64,000 nt of DNA from assembly GCA_037447435.1 (NCBI GenBank), contig JBBIGR010000004.1, positions 96,001 through 160,000 of the forward strand, read 5' to 3'. The stretch comes from Fibrobacteria bacterium (GTDB lineage Bacteria > Fibrobacterota > Chitinivibrionia > Chitinivibrionales > FEN-1185). Below the pieces are notes generated by a model. That model was not told the DNA's origin. It ran no database searches and saw nothing but the letters and a program-made list of their open reading frames with translations. The number at the start of each line of letters is the position of its first letter. Positions within the stretch are counted from its first letter, which is position 1. The translations under genes and the position numbers were made by a program. This document shows positions 18,778 through 29,348 of the stretch, piece after piece.

Positions 18778-20178
18778 ATGAAACCAATTCGATTGACGAC
18801 CGCTATAGTTTCTCTGTCCATATCCTTTTCCGCATTCGGTTCGGGCGCGGTATTGAGTGATCCGAATGCCTCGACGGTAGCAAAAAACGTTTATGCATTT
18901 CTCGCCTCGCGTGCCGGATCAAATACAAACAGGGTTCTGGAAGGGCAACATCTCGGAGGAATCAACGAAATAGTCGATCCGAATCAATTTCAAATAAATG
19001 CCTATGCCGTAAACAACAAACTCCCTGCGCTGGTCGGTTCCCGCTACGATTCGAATAACAAAAACGCCGCAGGTTCTCCGTATACGTTGAGTGCCGCGCT
19101 CGACCAGCAAATCAACAATAAACTCATCGGCATTTGGAACACCAATCATTCGATTATCCATCTCACCGCGGTTGCACCGAATCCGTGGAGCTTTCAATCC
19201 GGGCGATTGCCGTCCGATTCGGACGGTACATTGTCGGAACTGTTGCGCACTGCACCTGCTTCGGCGGCAAAAACATCCTTTTGGAATTCGATTGACATAA
19301 TCGCAGCCGGATTGCAACAGTTGGAAGACGCGAATGTGCCGGTCCTTTTCCGCCCGTTTCCCGAATTCAATCAAAGCAAGTATTATTGCGACGGGAAAGA
19401 TTCGATCGGTTTTAAAAACCTCTGGATAGACGTGTATAACTATTATGTCAATACGAAAGGGTTGCATAACCTCATTTTTTGCTGGGAAGCATGGGTACTC
19501 AACAAAGCTCCGGCTTATTCGAATATCAAACCATGGTATCCCGGAGACGCATACGTCGACGTTGTCGCCGGTGCTTACTATTTTTCGTACGACAAAACTT
19601 ATTTCGATACGAACGGAGCGCTCGTTTTTCCCGGTGTGAATGATAAAACCATCCACGACGCCCTGCTCTCTTTTAAAAAGCCGTACGGCTCTACGCAATG
19701 GGGACTCAATCAGAACGAACCGAATAACACTCCTGGCGATAACACTTTCACGCTCAAATTTATCAATAATGTGCCGTCGTTCTCGTTCGTTTACTATTGG
19801 ACCGGATATCAGGAAGTACAACTTCAGGCAAACGGAACAATATTCGTCAATGATCCGGCCATTTGCACTGCCGATGATTTGCCGAATTTCAATAGCGATG
19901 CGGGAATTCGGATGCCCAATAGCGGGAATATCACCGCCATCGCCGCCATTCATAGGAAATCGAAGGACGTCATTACTATTGATTTTTACAACCCTTTAAT
20001 TGAAACGGAATTTCGACTGATTTCCATCAATGGTGCGATTTCCCGAATTCCTGTTTCTGCCGGAGGGTCGCAAATTATTATGGAAAAGGAAAAGTATCAT
20101 TTGCATAACGGATTTTATATATTTGAAATGAAATCGAAATCCGGACTTATGCGGGGATCTCTGTTCCTTACTTTTTAA
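18778..20178 (+). CDS. Secreted GH26-like protein (mannanase fold) with CTD-like tail
   Basis: Start MKPIRL at 18778 with signal peptide; VPVLFRPFPEFN, GLHNLIFCW, WYPGDAYVDVV motifs. Confidence 0.75.
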   Translation: MKPIRLTTAIVSLSISFSAFGSGAVLSDPNASTVAKNVYAFLASRAGSNTNRVLEGQHLGGINEIVDPNQFQINAYAVNNKLPALVGSRYDSNNKNAAGSPYTLSAALDQQINNKLIGIWNTNHSIIHLTAVAPNPWSFQSGRLPSDSDGTLSELLRTAPASAAKTSFWNSIDIIAAGLQQLEDANVPVLFRPFPEFNQSKYYCDGKDSIGFKNLWIDVYNYYVNTKGLHNLIFCWEAWVLNKAPAYSNIKPWYPGDAYVDVVAGAYYFSYDKTYFDTNGALVFPGVNDKTIHDALLSFKKPYGSTQWGLNQNEPNNTPGDNTFTLKFINNVPSFSFVYYWTGYQEVQLQANGTIFVNDPAICTADDLPNFNSDAGIRMPNSGNITAIAAIHRKSKDVITIDFYNPLIETEFRLISINGAISRIPVSAGGSQIIMEKEKYHLHNGFYIFEMKSKSGLMRGSLFLTF

Positions 20179-20408
20179 CTCAACGCATGGAATTTATAAT
20201 TATGAATTTTTAATTTTAAGGCAACAAATTAACAATTCAGAGCATTTTTTTTGCAATATCCTCTTATTCCGGATGAATAATGTTAAAAAAGAAATCACCT
20301 ATTTAATATTCTTTTGTTTTCTGTTAGAAAACACTTTTTATTTCCAAGGCACCTCATGGCAAAAGGTTTTAGTTATTTTGATAATATCTTAATCATTGGA
20401 AATAATTT

Positions 20409-21239
20409 ATGAGAATAATTCTCAACGCAATTTGCTTGTTATTCATTATTTGTTTTCCCATTTTTTCTCTCACTGTCGACTTTGCTCCTATTAAAGTTGG
20501 AAACATTTGGGTATATAAAGATTCAACTGCAAATGTTGATGGAACCCCAAATCATATTTTAATAAAAACGATATCGATATCTAAGATGTCCCGGGATACT
20601 AAAGATACTAATAATATTATCTTTAACGTAACGGTTCGTGATAGCGGAATAGATTCCGGAAGAGCTAGCCGCGCAATTGATACGATTTATTCAATTGATT
20701 CAATTATTAAGAAACGGGATACTATTGTTTCTGCCGGAAAACTAGCAATCTATTTTAATTTATCAACAAAAGACACGGCTAGTTTTGTGGATTCTTTTTC
20801 TATATTCCATATTGACCGCGGAAGTTTCTTCGGATTTAATAAATTGATAGGGTATTCTCATTATCATTTGAATTACGTTGATGTTATGGTATATGAAGAG
20901 ATTGATACCTCCTTTTCTCTTGAAAACGTTGGATTGATATATAGGTTTAGTAAAAGCTCGGATAATCCCGGTATAGAACAATGGGCAATAAGCACCATCC
21001 GACTGATAAGTTTTAACGGAAATAGCCCTTATGATATTTCACATGCAAAACGGATTTCAGAACAAAATTCCCGCTATAATTCTAATGGATCGCTTCGATT
21101 TAAAAAGGTTGTAGTCCTTTATAGAATGCCCGACAATCAATATCCGTTACATAGTTACTTTTATGATGTTTATGGCCGCAGAGTACAAACCAATCCGTCA
21201 CTCCTTGCAAAGAGTATTTATTTCTTTTCAAAGCAATAA
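20409..21239 (+). CDS. Hypothetical secreted protein, AT-rich
   Basis: Signal peptide; FAPIKVGNIWVY N-terminus; FYDVYGRRV tail. Confidence 0.65.
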   Translation: MRIILNAICLLFIICFPIFSLTVDFAPIKVGNIWVYKDSTANVDGTPNHILIKTISISKMSRDTKDTNNIIFNVTVRDSGIDSGRASRAIDTIYSIDSIIKKRDTIVSAGKLAIYFNLSTKDTASFVDSFSIFHIDRGSFFGFNKLIGYSHYHLNYVDVMVYEEIDTSFSLENVGLIYRFSKSSDNPGIEQWAISTIRLISFNGNSPYDISHAKRISEQNSRYNSNGSLRFKKVVVLYRMPDNQYPLHSYFYDVYGRRVQTNPSLLAKSIYFFSKQ

Positions 21240-21573
21240 GAGCAGACTACCTGAGAGCATCAATAGAGCCGAAGAGAATACGTCTAATAATATTTGTATT
21301 AATTGTTCAATCCCCTACTATGAAACGGACAATCGACATTCCGATGCTTTTTTCCGTCGGTAAAGCGCAAACCGGCAATATCCGCCTGAAATTTGATCTC
21401 ACAACAATGTTGAATAATGTTGACATGCGCCATGAACTCGCGACGCATTCTTTCGACAATCCGGCCCTGGCCATCCGGATGGCCGATGCATTTGACTGTG
21501 CAGGAGAAACAGGACCTGATCGCATTTCTTAAATCATTGACGAATCAGTAAACCGGGATTATGAATTGAATAA

Positions 21574-22752
21574 TCAACTAAACGCGGGAAATTCGGTTGC
21601 GTCGGGAACGATCGCAACGCCCTCAACTTCTATGAGCCAGGCAGGCCTGCATACTTTGGCTTCCAAAGCGATAATGGGCAACTGCGGCGGAATCGCCGTT
21701 TTCAAAACCGGTTCGACTTTGGGCCAATCGGTAAAATTACGCAAGTAAACGAACAAATAGGCCAAATCGTTTAGAGCCGCGCCTTGATGGGACAACAACG
21801 CCTCGACATTGGCGATTGCCCGCCGGGTTTGTTTCGCAACGTCGCCGATAAAAACAACATTGCTTTGGGCGTCGATGCTGGCAGTTCCGGAAATATACAA
21901 ATGCGACCGGTCGCCGAAGCGAACGCGCAGTCCCCGTTCAAACGTCACATTGTACGAAATGGTTTCCGACATGTTTTCCGATGCGTGCATGCGGACGATT
22001 TGCCCGGGCTTAAGCGGCGCTATGGACAAAGAATCCATGATCACCTTATGACGTACCGATTCTCCCCGTCCTTCTATACCGGTGCTTGCCAAATATCTGG
22101 TCTCGTTCGTGAGCCCGTGCCTGGCGAAGAATTCCCTGCGCGAATCGACCATGCCTTTATATTGCGTGTCAACGTCTCTGATATAAATCCATGTCCTGAT
22201 GGTATTGGAAAGGACGTCCATTTCGGCATCGTGAATGGATTCGAACAGGTTTTGCAGAATGCGCGTGGTCTGCGAATACGAATCAGTTGCGCTTTCATCG
22301 GCGAAATTCGCCGTATGCAGCATACGATAGTGTATGCCTTGCGCACGCGAAGCGTTTTGAAACGACCCTTGCAAAATGCTGTTGCTTTTTTGGAAACCGG
22401 TCCCGTCGGCTTTTTTAAGATGATACGAGAGCAACGTCACCGGTGCGGAGACAAGGGGCTTTTGTTCGATGACGGAAACGGCGCCTTGAAGCAGCCGGGA
22501 GTAAAGAGCGGATTCCTTGATTGCATTTTTCTGGTTTATCAAATCGTTGACAAAGATTTTCGAGAACACCGCGGTGTGGTCGAGCAAACCGCATTGGCCA
22601 AGAGCTTCGGAATAGCGCCCGTTTAACGCCGACAGCACGTCGTTTAAACTTTCACCGGGTTCCGAACGGAGAACCAGGAAATATTCCGAACTGCCCGATG
22701 TCGATTCGAAACAGGTTCCATATGACAAATCTGAAAACTTAAAATATTTCAC
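21574..22752 (-). CDS. RidA/YjgF-fold protein, FkbO/Hyg5 chorismatase-like
   Basis: IRTWIYIRD, LASTGIEG, FERG, YISGTASID, VCRPAWLIEVEG. Confidence 0.8.
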   Translation of the reverse strand: MKYFKFSDLSYGTCFESTSGSSEYFLVLRSEPGESLNDVLSALNGRYSEALGQCGLLDHTAVFSKIFVNDLINQKNAIKESALYSRLLQGAVSVIEQKPLVSAPVTLLSYHLKKADGTGFQKSNSILQGSFQNASRAQGIHYRMLHTANFADESATDSYSQTTRILQNLFESIHDAEMDVLSNTIRTWIYIRDVDTQYKGMVDSRREFFARHGLTNETRYLASTGIEGRGESVRHKVIMDSLSIAPLKPGQIVRMHASENMSETISYNVTFERGLRVRFGDRSHLYISGTASIDAQSNVVFIGDVAKQTRRAIANVEALLSHQGAALNDLAYLFVYLRNFTDWPKVEPVLKTAIPPQLPIIALEAKVCRPAWLIEVEGVAIVPDATEFPAFS

Positions 22753-22779
22753 TGAATTATTCGCCCGCCTTTACGCCGC

Positions 22780-24924
22780 TCATTTTTGGACACCTATGAC
22801 TTGGCGAAGCGTCGTCGTCACACCGGTCGTATGATCGGTTATCAGAATGCGTGCGACATAGGTCCCTGCCCCCGCGTTAATACCTTTGGTGGTTTTTCCG
22901 TCCCAATTCAAAAACAATTTCGGCACATTCTTATTCGTTTCCTTAGACATTTCGGAACTTTTGTAAACCGTATTCCCCACTGCGTCGAAAATTACGATGG
23001 AACCGGATATCGACCCGTCGGCAACGTCTTTGGTCACGGCTTTTATAAAGGAAACTTCTATACGCGTCCCGTACGGCACGTTCGGCTTGGTTCCGTCCTG
23101 TTGCGACGGCGGAATCTGGGTAACGCCCGGTTTAAAGGGATTGGATGCAACATGATAATCGGATATTATCGAGACGTCGCCGCATGTCCCGAGCTGAAAG
23201 GGAGTTCTGCTCCCTTCCTAGACAAGCAATGCATTGGTCAATATTTTCGACGACTCGTACAGATACAAAAACCGGTCCGATTGATTGATCACGGAATTGA
23301 GAAATTCCGACGACGAATGGTTCGTATTGTTCAGGGTGTTTACAAAACTAAAATAGTCGTTTTTGGGATCGCCCGGTTTGTTTGTTGAGTTCACCGGCTC
23401 GCTGAACGTGACGCGGAGCGTGTCGAATTTACCGGCAGGAACGAAACAAACCGCCTTTATCACCGGCGCGGCACCGTCTACGATCGCACTAATGAAAAAC
23501 GGACGCCCACCCGTGGTCATGGGCAGGTTGGTCAAAATAAATTGCGACGAACCCGTATTGACGCCGGTTTCATAGATCGACCCCGTGGTTTCTGTCACGA
23601 TAATATGAATGGTTTTTCCGTTCTTGTCATATACGATGTTGGACGGTTGCAAGACTATTCTGTTCCCGTCAAGAGTCACCAGGGTCAGGGATTTGATCAG
23701 GTCCGATACGGACGGCATCGGCGTTTTGATGGTATCGGAAGTGTTCCAGGTCAAATCGATCCTGTCGATATGGCCGTTTTTATTCGTATCCAGGACGGTT
23801 GCGGTCACGTCCATATTCGTTATCGGGGGCGCATTGGCCTTGACGAAAATGACCTGCCTGGTCTGCAATGTCGCCCCTGATTTCGGATCGGTGTACGAAA
23901 CGATAATGGTGTCTTTTTCGCCGCCGGTCACGGCTTTAAACGTATTGGTATTGCTGGGGCCGTTTCCAAGCGTCATACTGCTTTGGCTCGAAACGGGCTT
24001 TTTTAACTGCCAGGTGATGTTCTTTGCAAGGTTGGTTGAATCCTGAAACTGCTTGCCGAGACTGTCGGTTCCGATGATAACCGTATGGAACGAAATACTG
24101 TCGCCGATGCCGACCGTGTCCCTGACCGGGAAAAAGCTCAGCATGAGAGTATCTAATGTCAAAGAATGGATAAGGAACACGCCGGTAACGTCGAATTTGA
24201 TGTCCTCATAATACATGTCGCTGCCGTGAAGTTGATCTTCAAACCCGAATTCGACCGTATCGGTACGCACGGTCCCGTTTGTTTGCGTATGAATCCAGCC
24301 CGCTTCGCACCAACGGCGGCCGAACGGAACCCTCTTTTGCTGATCGAGACTAAAAAAGGTGGTGGTGTCCTGGCGCGAGCTGTAATGTCTGTCAATATGT
24401 TGCCAGCCTTCGCCCGGCGCCCTGTTTGGTCCGGTAAAAAGCATTTCGGTATCTTTTGCCAACTTATTGGTGGTGCCGCATCCGCCGTCGAGGGTTGATT
24501 TATACATAAAGAACAGCGTATCGAGATGATGAATGGTCGATGCGACCGGTGTCAAATCGATTCGTTCGGGTGTGGTATTGCATTTGTTCTTAAAAAGGAA
24601 ATACGTCGTGTCGGGCTTTCCCGGCGACGGAGGAAGCATAAGGTATAATGCACCTTGATATGAGGCGCTGCCGTGATCGTATAGCCATACGATAAACGGT
24701 TTTGTCGTATCCCGCAAGAACGTCGCGCCGATGTATAACGAATCGGCCCTCCATAAACCGCTGGGCGGCAATCCGCTCGGTTGGGCCATTCCCCTTACCC
24801 GCCATAAATCGGTGTTTTCATCTTTTGCCGGCATTTGCGCGGAAACAAACGACATCGACACCAAGAATGCGGCAATGACCAATGCCGTTAATGCCGTTAA
24901 GCGAATAAGTTTTTGTGTCTGCAT
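22780..24924 (-). pseudogene. Secreted Ig-like protein with FlgD-Ig C-terminus, interrupted by an in-frame TAG at 23218-23220
   Basis: ...TNALLV*EGSRTPFQLG...SNPFKPG...VPYGTRIEV...IFDAVGNTV...WDGKTTKG...GTYVARI; the two track ORFs share one frame. Confidence 0.75.
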
Positions 24925-25078
24925 AAAACACCCTCATCGAAGGTTAAGGAATAATATACCGGCCTATACGGCCTTTTAATCCGCCTCAGAACCACGCTAT
25001 AAATATAAGTCCAAGATACGGTGAAGATAAACAACAGAACGATTTCCATTGCGTAATTCCGAGATCGGTTTAAAATCG

Positions 25079-25117
25079 AAAAAAGCCCTGTTCGCCGTAT
25101 GGGCGAACAAGGCTTTT
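25079..25117 (-). terminator. Intrinsic terminator of the DUF362 gene
   Basis: AAAAGCCcTGTTCGCC-loop-GGCGAACAaGGCTTTT; U-run on minus strand. Confidence 0.75.
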
Positions 25118-25139
25118 CACGTAATAACCTCGCAGTACC

Positions 25140-28100
25140 TTACTGAAGAATACGCATCATTTTCCGAATGCTCCCGCTTTGCGTTTTAAGAGTAAGCAAA
25201 TACATTCCGGAAGGAAGGTTCGCTGCAAGTGCATTTGGTCCCATGGCACCGAAAGAAACGACGTACTTTACCATGACTCCGGCCGGGGAATACAGGGAAA
25301 GTTCATACGATCCCTGGGCCGGAAGCGTAAACCCGATCTCATGCGCATGAACGGATGTAATATCGAGTTTGTATTCCGCAACCCCTCGTTTTTGCGTAAG
25401 CACGTCCGTGGTCATCGGTGCGGCGCTGCCGACGACGGCAGGGGTTCCGTACACTTTGAACTCAAACAAAGAATATCCATAGGTCGTGTTGCGGGCAGTG
25501 CCGTTCATTCGGATATACCGTCCCGAACCGCTCAGCCCCGTAATGTCGTCGGTGCGCGCACCGGTCGCCATATTCGTTTTTGTTGAAATTGTCGACCATG
25601 TCGACCCGTCCGACGATACGTCGATGGTATAGTTTTTGGCAGATGCCGCTTCCCACGTAAGGGTCACTTGCGAAATCAGATACGTTGCGCCGAGGTCGAT
25701 GCGTATCCATTGCGGATCGGCAAACAGGCTCGACCAACGGGTGGCCGTATTGCCGTCATTTGCGTTGGTCGCTTTCAAAAGCGTTCCGTTATTGGTTTCT
25801 TCGCTCGAAGCAACAATGGTTTTGCCTTTGCCGATTTCAACCGGCGTGACAGTGCCGACCGTAACGTTCACGAGTGCATCGCTTGTCGCGCCTTTGTCGT
25901 CGTATGCCCTGGCCTTGAGCGTATAGCTGCCCTGGGCAAGAGATGCAAATGTCCAGGAATACGGCGCGGCATTCACCGTACCGGCAAGCGTTGTTCCGTT
26001 ATAAAACTCTACTTTCGCAATACTGCCGTCCGCATCCGAAGCAACTGCCGTGACATTGACATCCGAGGGTATTGCGCTGAAATTCGCCTGGTTTGCAGGG
26101 CTTGTGATGGCTACCGTTGGCGCGGCGTTGGCCGGCGTGCCGTATACCTTTATTTCATACAGCGAATAGCCGTAAGCCGTGTTCCGTGCGGTGCCGTAAA
26201 TTCGCACGTAACGCGCATTGCCCGTTATGGCGGTTATGTCGTCGGTCCGGGCACCGGTTGCCATGCCTGTTTTGGTTATGGCGGTTGTCCAGGTCGAATT
26301 ATTAGTCGACAACTGAATCTGATAATCCTTCGCGCTCGCCGCTTCCCATGAAAGCGTGACCCTGCTTACGGCATAGAGCGCACCCAAATCGACCATTATC
26401 CATTGCGGATCGCTGAATGCCGACGACCAGCGCGTCGTACTCACTCCGTCAACTGCAAGGCCGGGTTCCGTTCCCGCTTTTTCGGTCGACGATGCCGTGA
26501 CAACCTTGCCTTGCGCCAATTCCAACGGTCCTGCCGGATTGACCGTTACAGCGATAGACGCGTTTGCCGTTGCTCCTTTATCGTCGGTTGCGATTGCTTT
26601 GAGAGTATACGCCCCCACGGCAAGGCCAGAAAGAGTCCAGGAAAACGGAGCTGCGGTTACGACACCCAGCGACGTCGTACCGTTGAACAATTCAACTTGA
26701 GCGATACTGCCGTCGGCATCCTGTGCAGAGGCGTTGACAATCACGGTTGCGGGAGCGGTGAACGAGGCATTGTTCGCCGGACTTGTTATCGAAACCGTGG
26801 GCGGATAATTGCCTACCGAGGTCGTTATCGAAGCGGTCGTGCTCGCCCCCTTGTCGTCGGTGGCAATTGCCTTTAGCGTATAGGCGCCGTTTGGAATTGC
26901 CGCAAATGTAAACTGATACGGCGCCGAAGTCACTGTGCCGGCCAGGGTCGTACCGTTATAGAAATCGACCCGCGACACCGATCCGTCTGAATCGGTCGCA
27001 TTTGCCAGCATGGTAATATCGACCGGCGACGTTGAGAAATGCGCATTATTCGCCGGGCTTGTAATTGAAACCGTTGGAGGAGCATTGGGAGGAACCATGC
27101 TTGTAAAGGTGATATAATTGAAGTTGAAATTTCCCGTAACCATATACACGCGCAATTCATGATCGCCGGCAGGGAGTGTGAATGTTCCCGAAACAGCGTC
27201 GGCCCACGATTGCCATCCGTTTGCGGTGGTAAAGTTTACCGATCCGTTTGCGACATCGGCTCCGTCGATTTGGATTTTGAGCGTTTTCGTTCCTGCCGTG
27301 GCCGACGCAACACGGGCGGTAAACGAATAGCTTCCCGCCGCAGGGACTTTAATATTGTATGCCAACCATTCTCCTGCGTTAATCCATCCGACATTATAAC
27401 CGGCCCCCGCATCGGTACAGGCCTGAATGTCGACACCGTCGGTTCGGTATACGCCGCCGGTATTTGCGGCATCGGCATCATGATAAGCAACTCCTTCGAT
27501 TCCCACATTATAATCTTCGGCCTGAATTGTAGCCGGAAGCGTTGTCCGGGTTATGTTGATTGTCGGATTTACGGAAACAAGTTCGATGCCGTTTGCCGTG
27601 GGATTCAAATTTCTGGTATATTGCCGGGCAGTTGCATTGTTCCAATGTTCATACACGCCGACGCCCGCATTTGCGGCATTGACCATATAATTGGTACCGC
27701 CGGTTTGATTGTAAATGCTTGACCAGAAATCGTATGAAACGCATTCTTCGGCAACGCCGTCGAGCGACATGATGAAACTCGACATTTGCTTACCGCTAAA
27801 CGGGGCGATTGCGGTTCCGTTCGACGGCGTGCCGTCGAGATTGGGATTCGGATACATTGCATCCATGCACCACAGCACGACCTTGCCGCCGAAATTGGCA
27901 TTTGTCATAAACGCGGTCAAGGCGTTGTCGCCCGGGTGCCTGTTATTGTCCTGCCACAAATTCGAAATACCGGTTATGCCGTAAAAGTTTTTTGCGCCAA
28001 AGGTAATGACCTGGCCCGAATGTCCTTTTAAGAGCGGTTGACATATAATATAGCGGGCGTTATAGAAACAGGAAATTTCACCGGTGGCCACATCGGTGTT

Positions 28101-28988
28101 GGGAAACGCATTGGCTACCGTGGACGACGTCACCCGGTTGGTGCCGCCGAAATGGTCGACGACATTGACATTAGGGCATGCGGCTTTAATGGCATTTACG
28201 ATATTGTCGGTAACGACGCGACTGGGATCCCCAATCCAAATGTCCGCCTGAGGCACGCCTGCGGCAACGAGACTTTTTAGTATCGCGACGCAGGTCTGCG
28301 GATTGGCATTGCTTTGATTGTCGGCAGTGCTGCCCTGATTTATGGCATTGTTCTGATTGATCTTTATCGCGATTTTATCGCCGCTTTGATATCCGGTTCC
28401 GGTACGACCGTGAGAATTATTGAACCATTTGAAAATTTTGTCCCACGAATCGGCGTCGGTTGTTCCGCCCGACAAGTTGACAATGCCGGCGGTAAAGGCC
28501 TTGTCGTATTCGGCCTGCGGATTGACCGCTGCATCCCAGTAATTACCCGTACCGGTCCATTTTGCGGCATTAGGATTGTATACCCAGGTGACGCGACCGG
28601 GATAAATTCCCTTGCCCGTGCCGGTAGGCGCGGCAGAAGCGGGTTTTGCATCGCCGGCAATAAAAGCCATGAGGAAAACGCCGCTTAAAATTAGAAAAAG
28701 GGTTGCAAAAAAATACTTCGAATTCCGAAAAAATGCCGATGCTTTGCGGAACGACAATACGGAACCCGCAAGCGCCACGATATAAGCTAAAAACCCGAGC
28801 CGAATCGGCGATGTCGCTTGTAAACAGGGATAGTTTGCACGCGAAGGCTTTGGAATTACCCGAACCAGATACCAAATAGTCGCCGCTATGCCGGAAAAAA
28901 GCAATGTCCATGCGGGCCATGCTTGCTTGTTAATTCCGCGAATACGACCGGTTTTAGGACATCTTTTGAAAAGTTGGGGAAAAAACAT
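25140..28988 (-). CDS. DUF362-domain protein fused to CBM6-like, three Ig (Big) domains and two CBM32 (F5/8 type C) modules
   Basis: RVIPKPSRANYPC N-terminus with TM segments; GIYPGRVTWV, KIAIKIN, LKGH..ITFGAKN; IQAEDY..GEWLAY CBM; TTRWSS.FSDPQWI.VDLG twice; ATG 28988 behind AAGGAG. Confidence 0.78.
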   Translation of the reverse strand: MFFPQLFKRCPKTGRIRGINKQAWPAWTLLFSGIAATIWYLVRVIPKPSRANYPCLQATSPIRLGFLAYIVALAGSVLSFRKASAFFRNSKYFFATLFLILSGVFLMAFIAGDAKPASAAPTGTGKGIYPGRVTWVYNPNAAKWTGTGNYWDAAVNPQAEYDKAFTAGIVNLSGGTTDADSWDKIFKWFNNSHGRTGTGYQSGDKIAIKINQNNAINQGSTADNQSNANPQTCVAILKSLVAAGVPQADIWIGDPSRVVTDNIVNAIKAACPNVNVVDHFGGTNRVTSSTVANAFPNTDVATGEISCFYNARYIICQPLLKGHSGQVITFGAKNFYGITGISNLWQDNNRHPGDNALTAFMTNANFGGKVVLWCMDAMYPNPNLDGTPSNGTAIAPFSGKQMSSFIMSLDGVAEECVSYDFWSSIYNQTGGTNYMVNAANAGVGVYEHWNNATARQYTRNLNPTANGIELVSVNPTINITRTTLPATIQAEDYNVGIEGVAYHDADAANTGGVYRTDGVDIQACTDAGAGYNVGWINAGEWLAYNIKVPAAGSYSFTARVASATAGTKTLKIQIDGADVANGSVNFTTANGWQSWADAVSGTFTLPAGDHELRVYMVTGNFNFNYITFTSMVPPNAPPTVSITSPANNAHFSTSPVDITMLANATDSDGSVSRVDFYNGTTLAGTVTSAPYQFTFAAIPNGAYTLKAIATDDKGASTTASITTSVGNYPPTVSITSPANNASFTAPATVIVNASAQDADGSIAQVELFNGTTSLGVVTAAPFSWTLSGLAVGAYTLKAIATDDKGATANASIAVTVNPAGPLELAQGKVVTASSTEKAGTEPGLAVDGVSTTRWSSAFSDPQWIMVDLGALYAVSRVTLSWEAASAKDYQIQLSTNNSTWTTAITKTGMATGARTDDITAITGNARYVRIYGTARNTAYGYSLYEIKVYGTPANAAPTVAITSPANQANFSAIPSDVNVTAVASDADGSIAKVEFYNGTTLAGTVNAAPYSWTFASLAQGSYTLKARAYDDKGATSDALVNVTVGTVTPVEIGKGKTIVASSEETNNGTLLKATNANDGNTATRWSSLFADPQWIRIDLGATYLISQVTLTWEAASAKNYTIDVSSDGSTWSTISTKTNMATGARTDDITGLSGSGRYIRMNGTARNTTYGYSLFEFKVYGTPAVVGSAAPMTTDVLTQKRGVAEYKLDITSVHAHEIGFTLPAQGSYELSLYSPAGVMVKYVVSFGAMGPNALAANLPSGMYLLTLKTQSGSIRKMMRILQ

Positions 28989-29290
28989 TGGCACTCCTTT
29001 GGTTGAGCGATTACTCTGCCCTTACGCATTGTCAACATCACGTTTATCATAAATCAAATTCAATTACGACTATTTTCAATAAACCGGTAAACAATATTTT
29101 TACCGTATAAAATTATTTCATTCTCAAATTATTTGATTTTCACTAAAAACGGAAAGGGCTATACGATAAAATACTTATAGGAACGGTAAACAAGATACCA
29201 TTAAGAATTTATCATACTATTGTGTAAAAATCCGAAAATTCGTCTTGTTTTTCGCTTTTTCGTATCCTTTTTGTATACGGTGGGTATAAT

Positions 29291-29326
29291 AAAAAAAAGC
29301 CCGGTTTATCGAAACCGGTCCTTTTT
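29291..29326 (-). terminator. Intrinsic terminator of the glycan operon
   Basis: Minus strand GGACCGGTTTCGATAAACCGGGC followed by T8. Confidence 0.7.
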
Positions 29327-29348
29327 AATGAGGGCTATTTAAGTTACA

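Noticed and set aside
18919..19953. 344-aa antisense ORF
   Set aside because: Shadow of the GH26-like gene
9500..23220. Genome-wide stop-codon reassignment, selenocysteine or pyrrolysine
   Set aside because: The two internal stops are different codons, both end other genes normally, and one lies in a signal peptide; no SECIS-like element or pyl genes recognised
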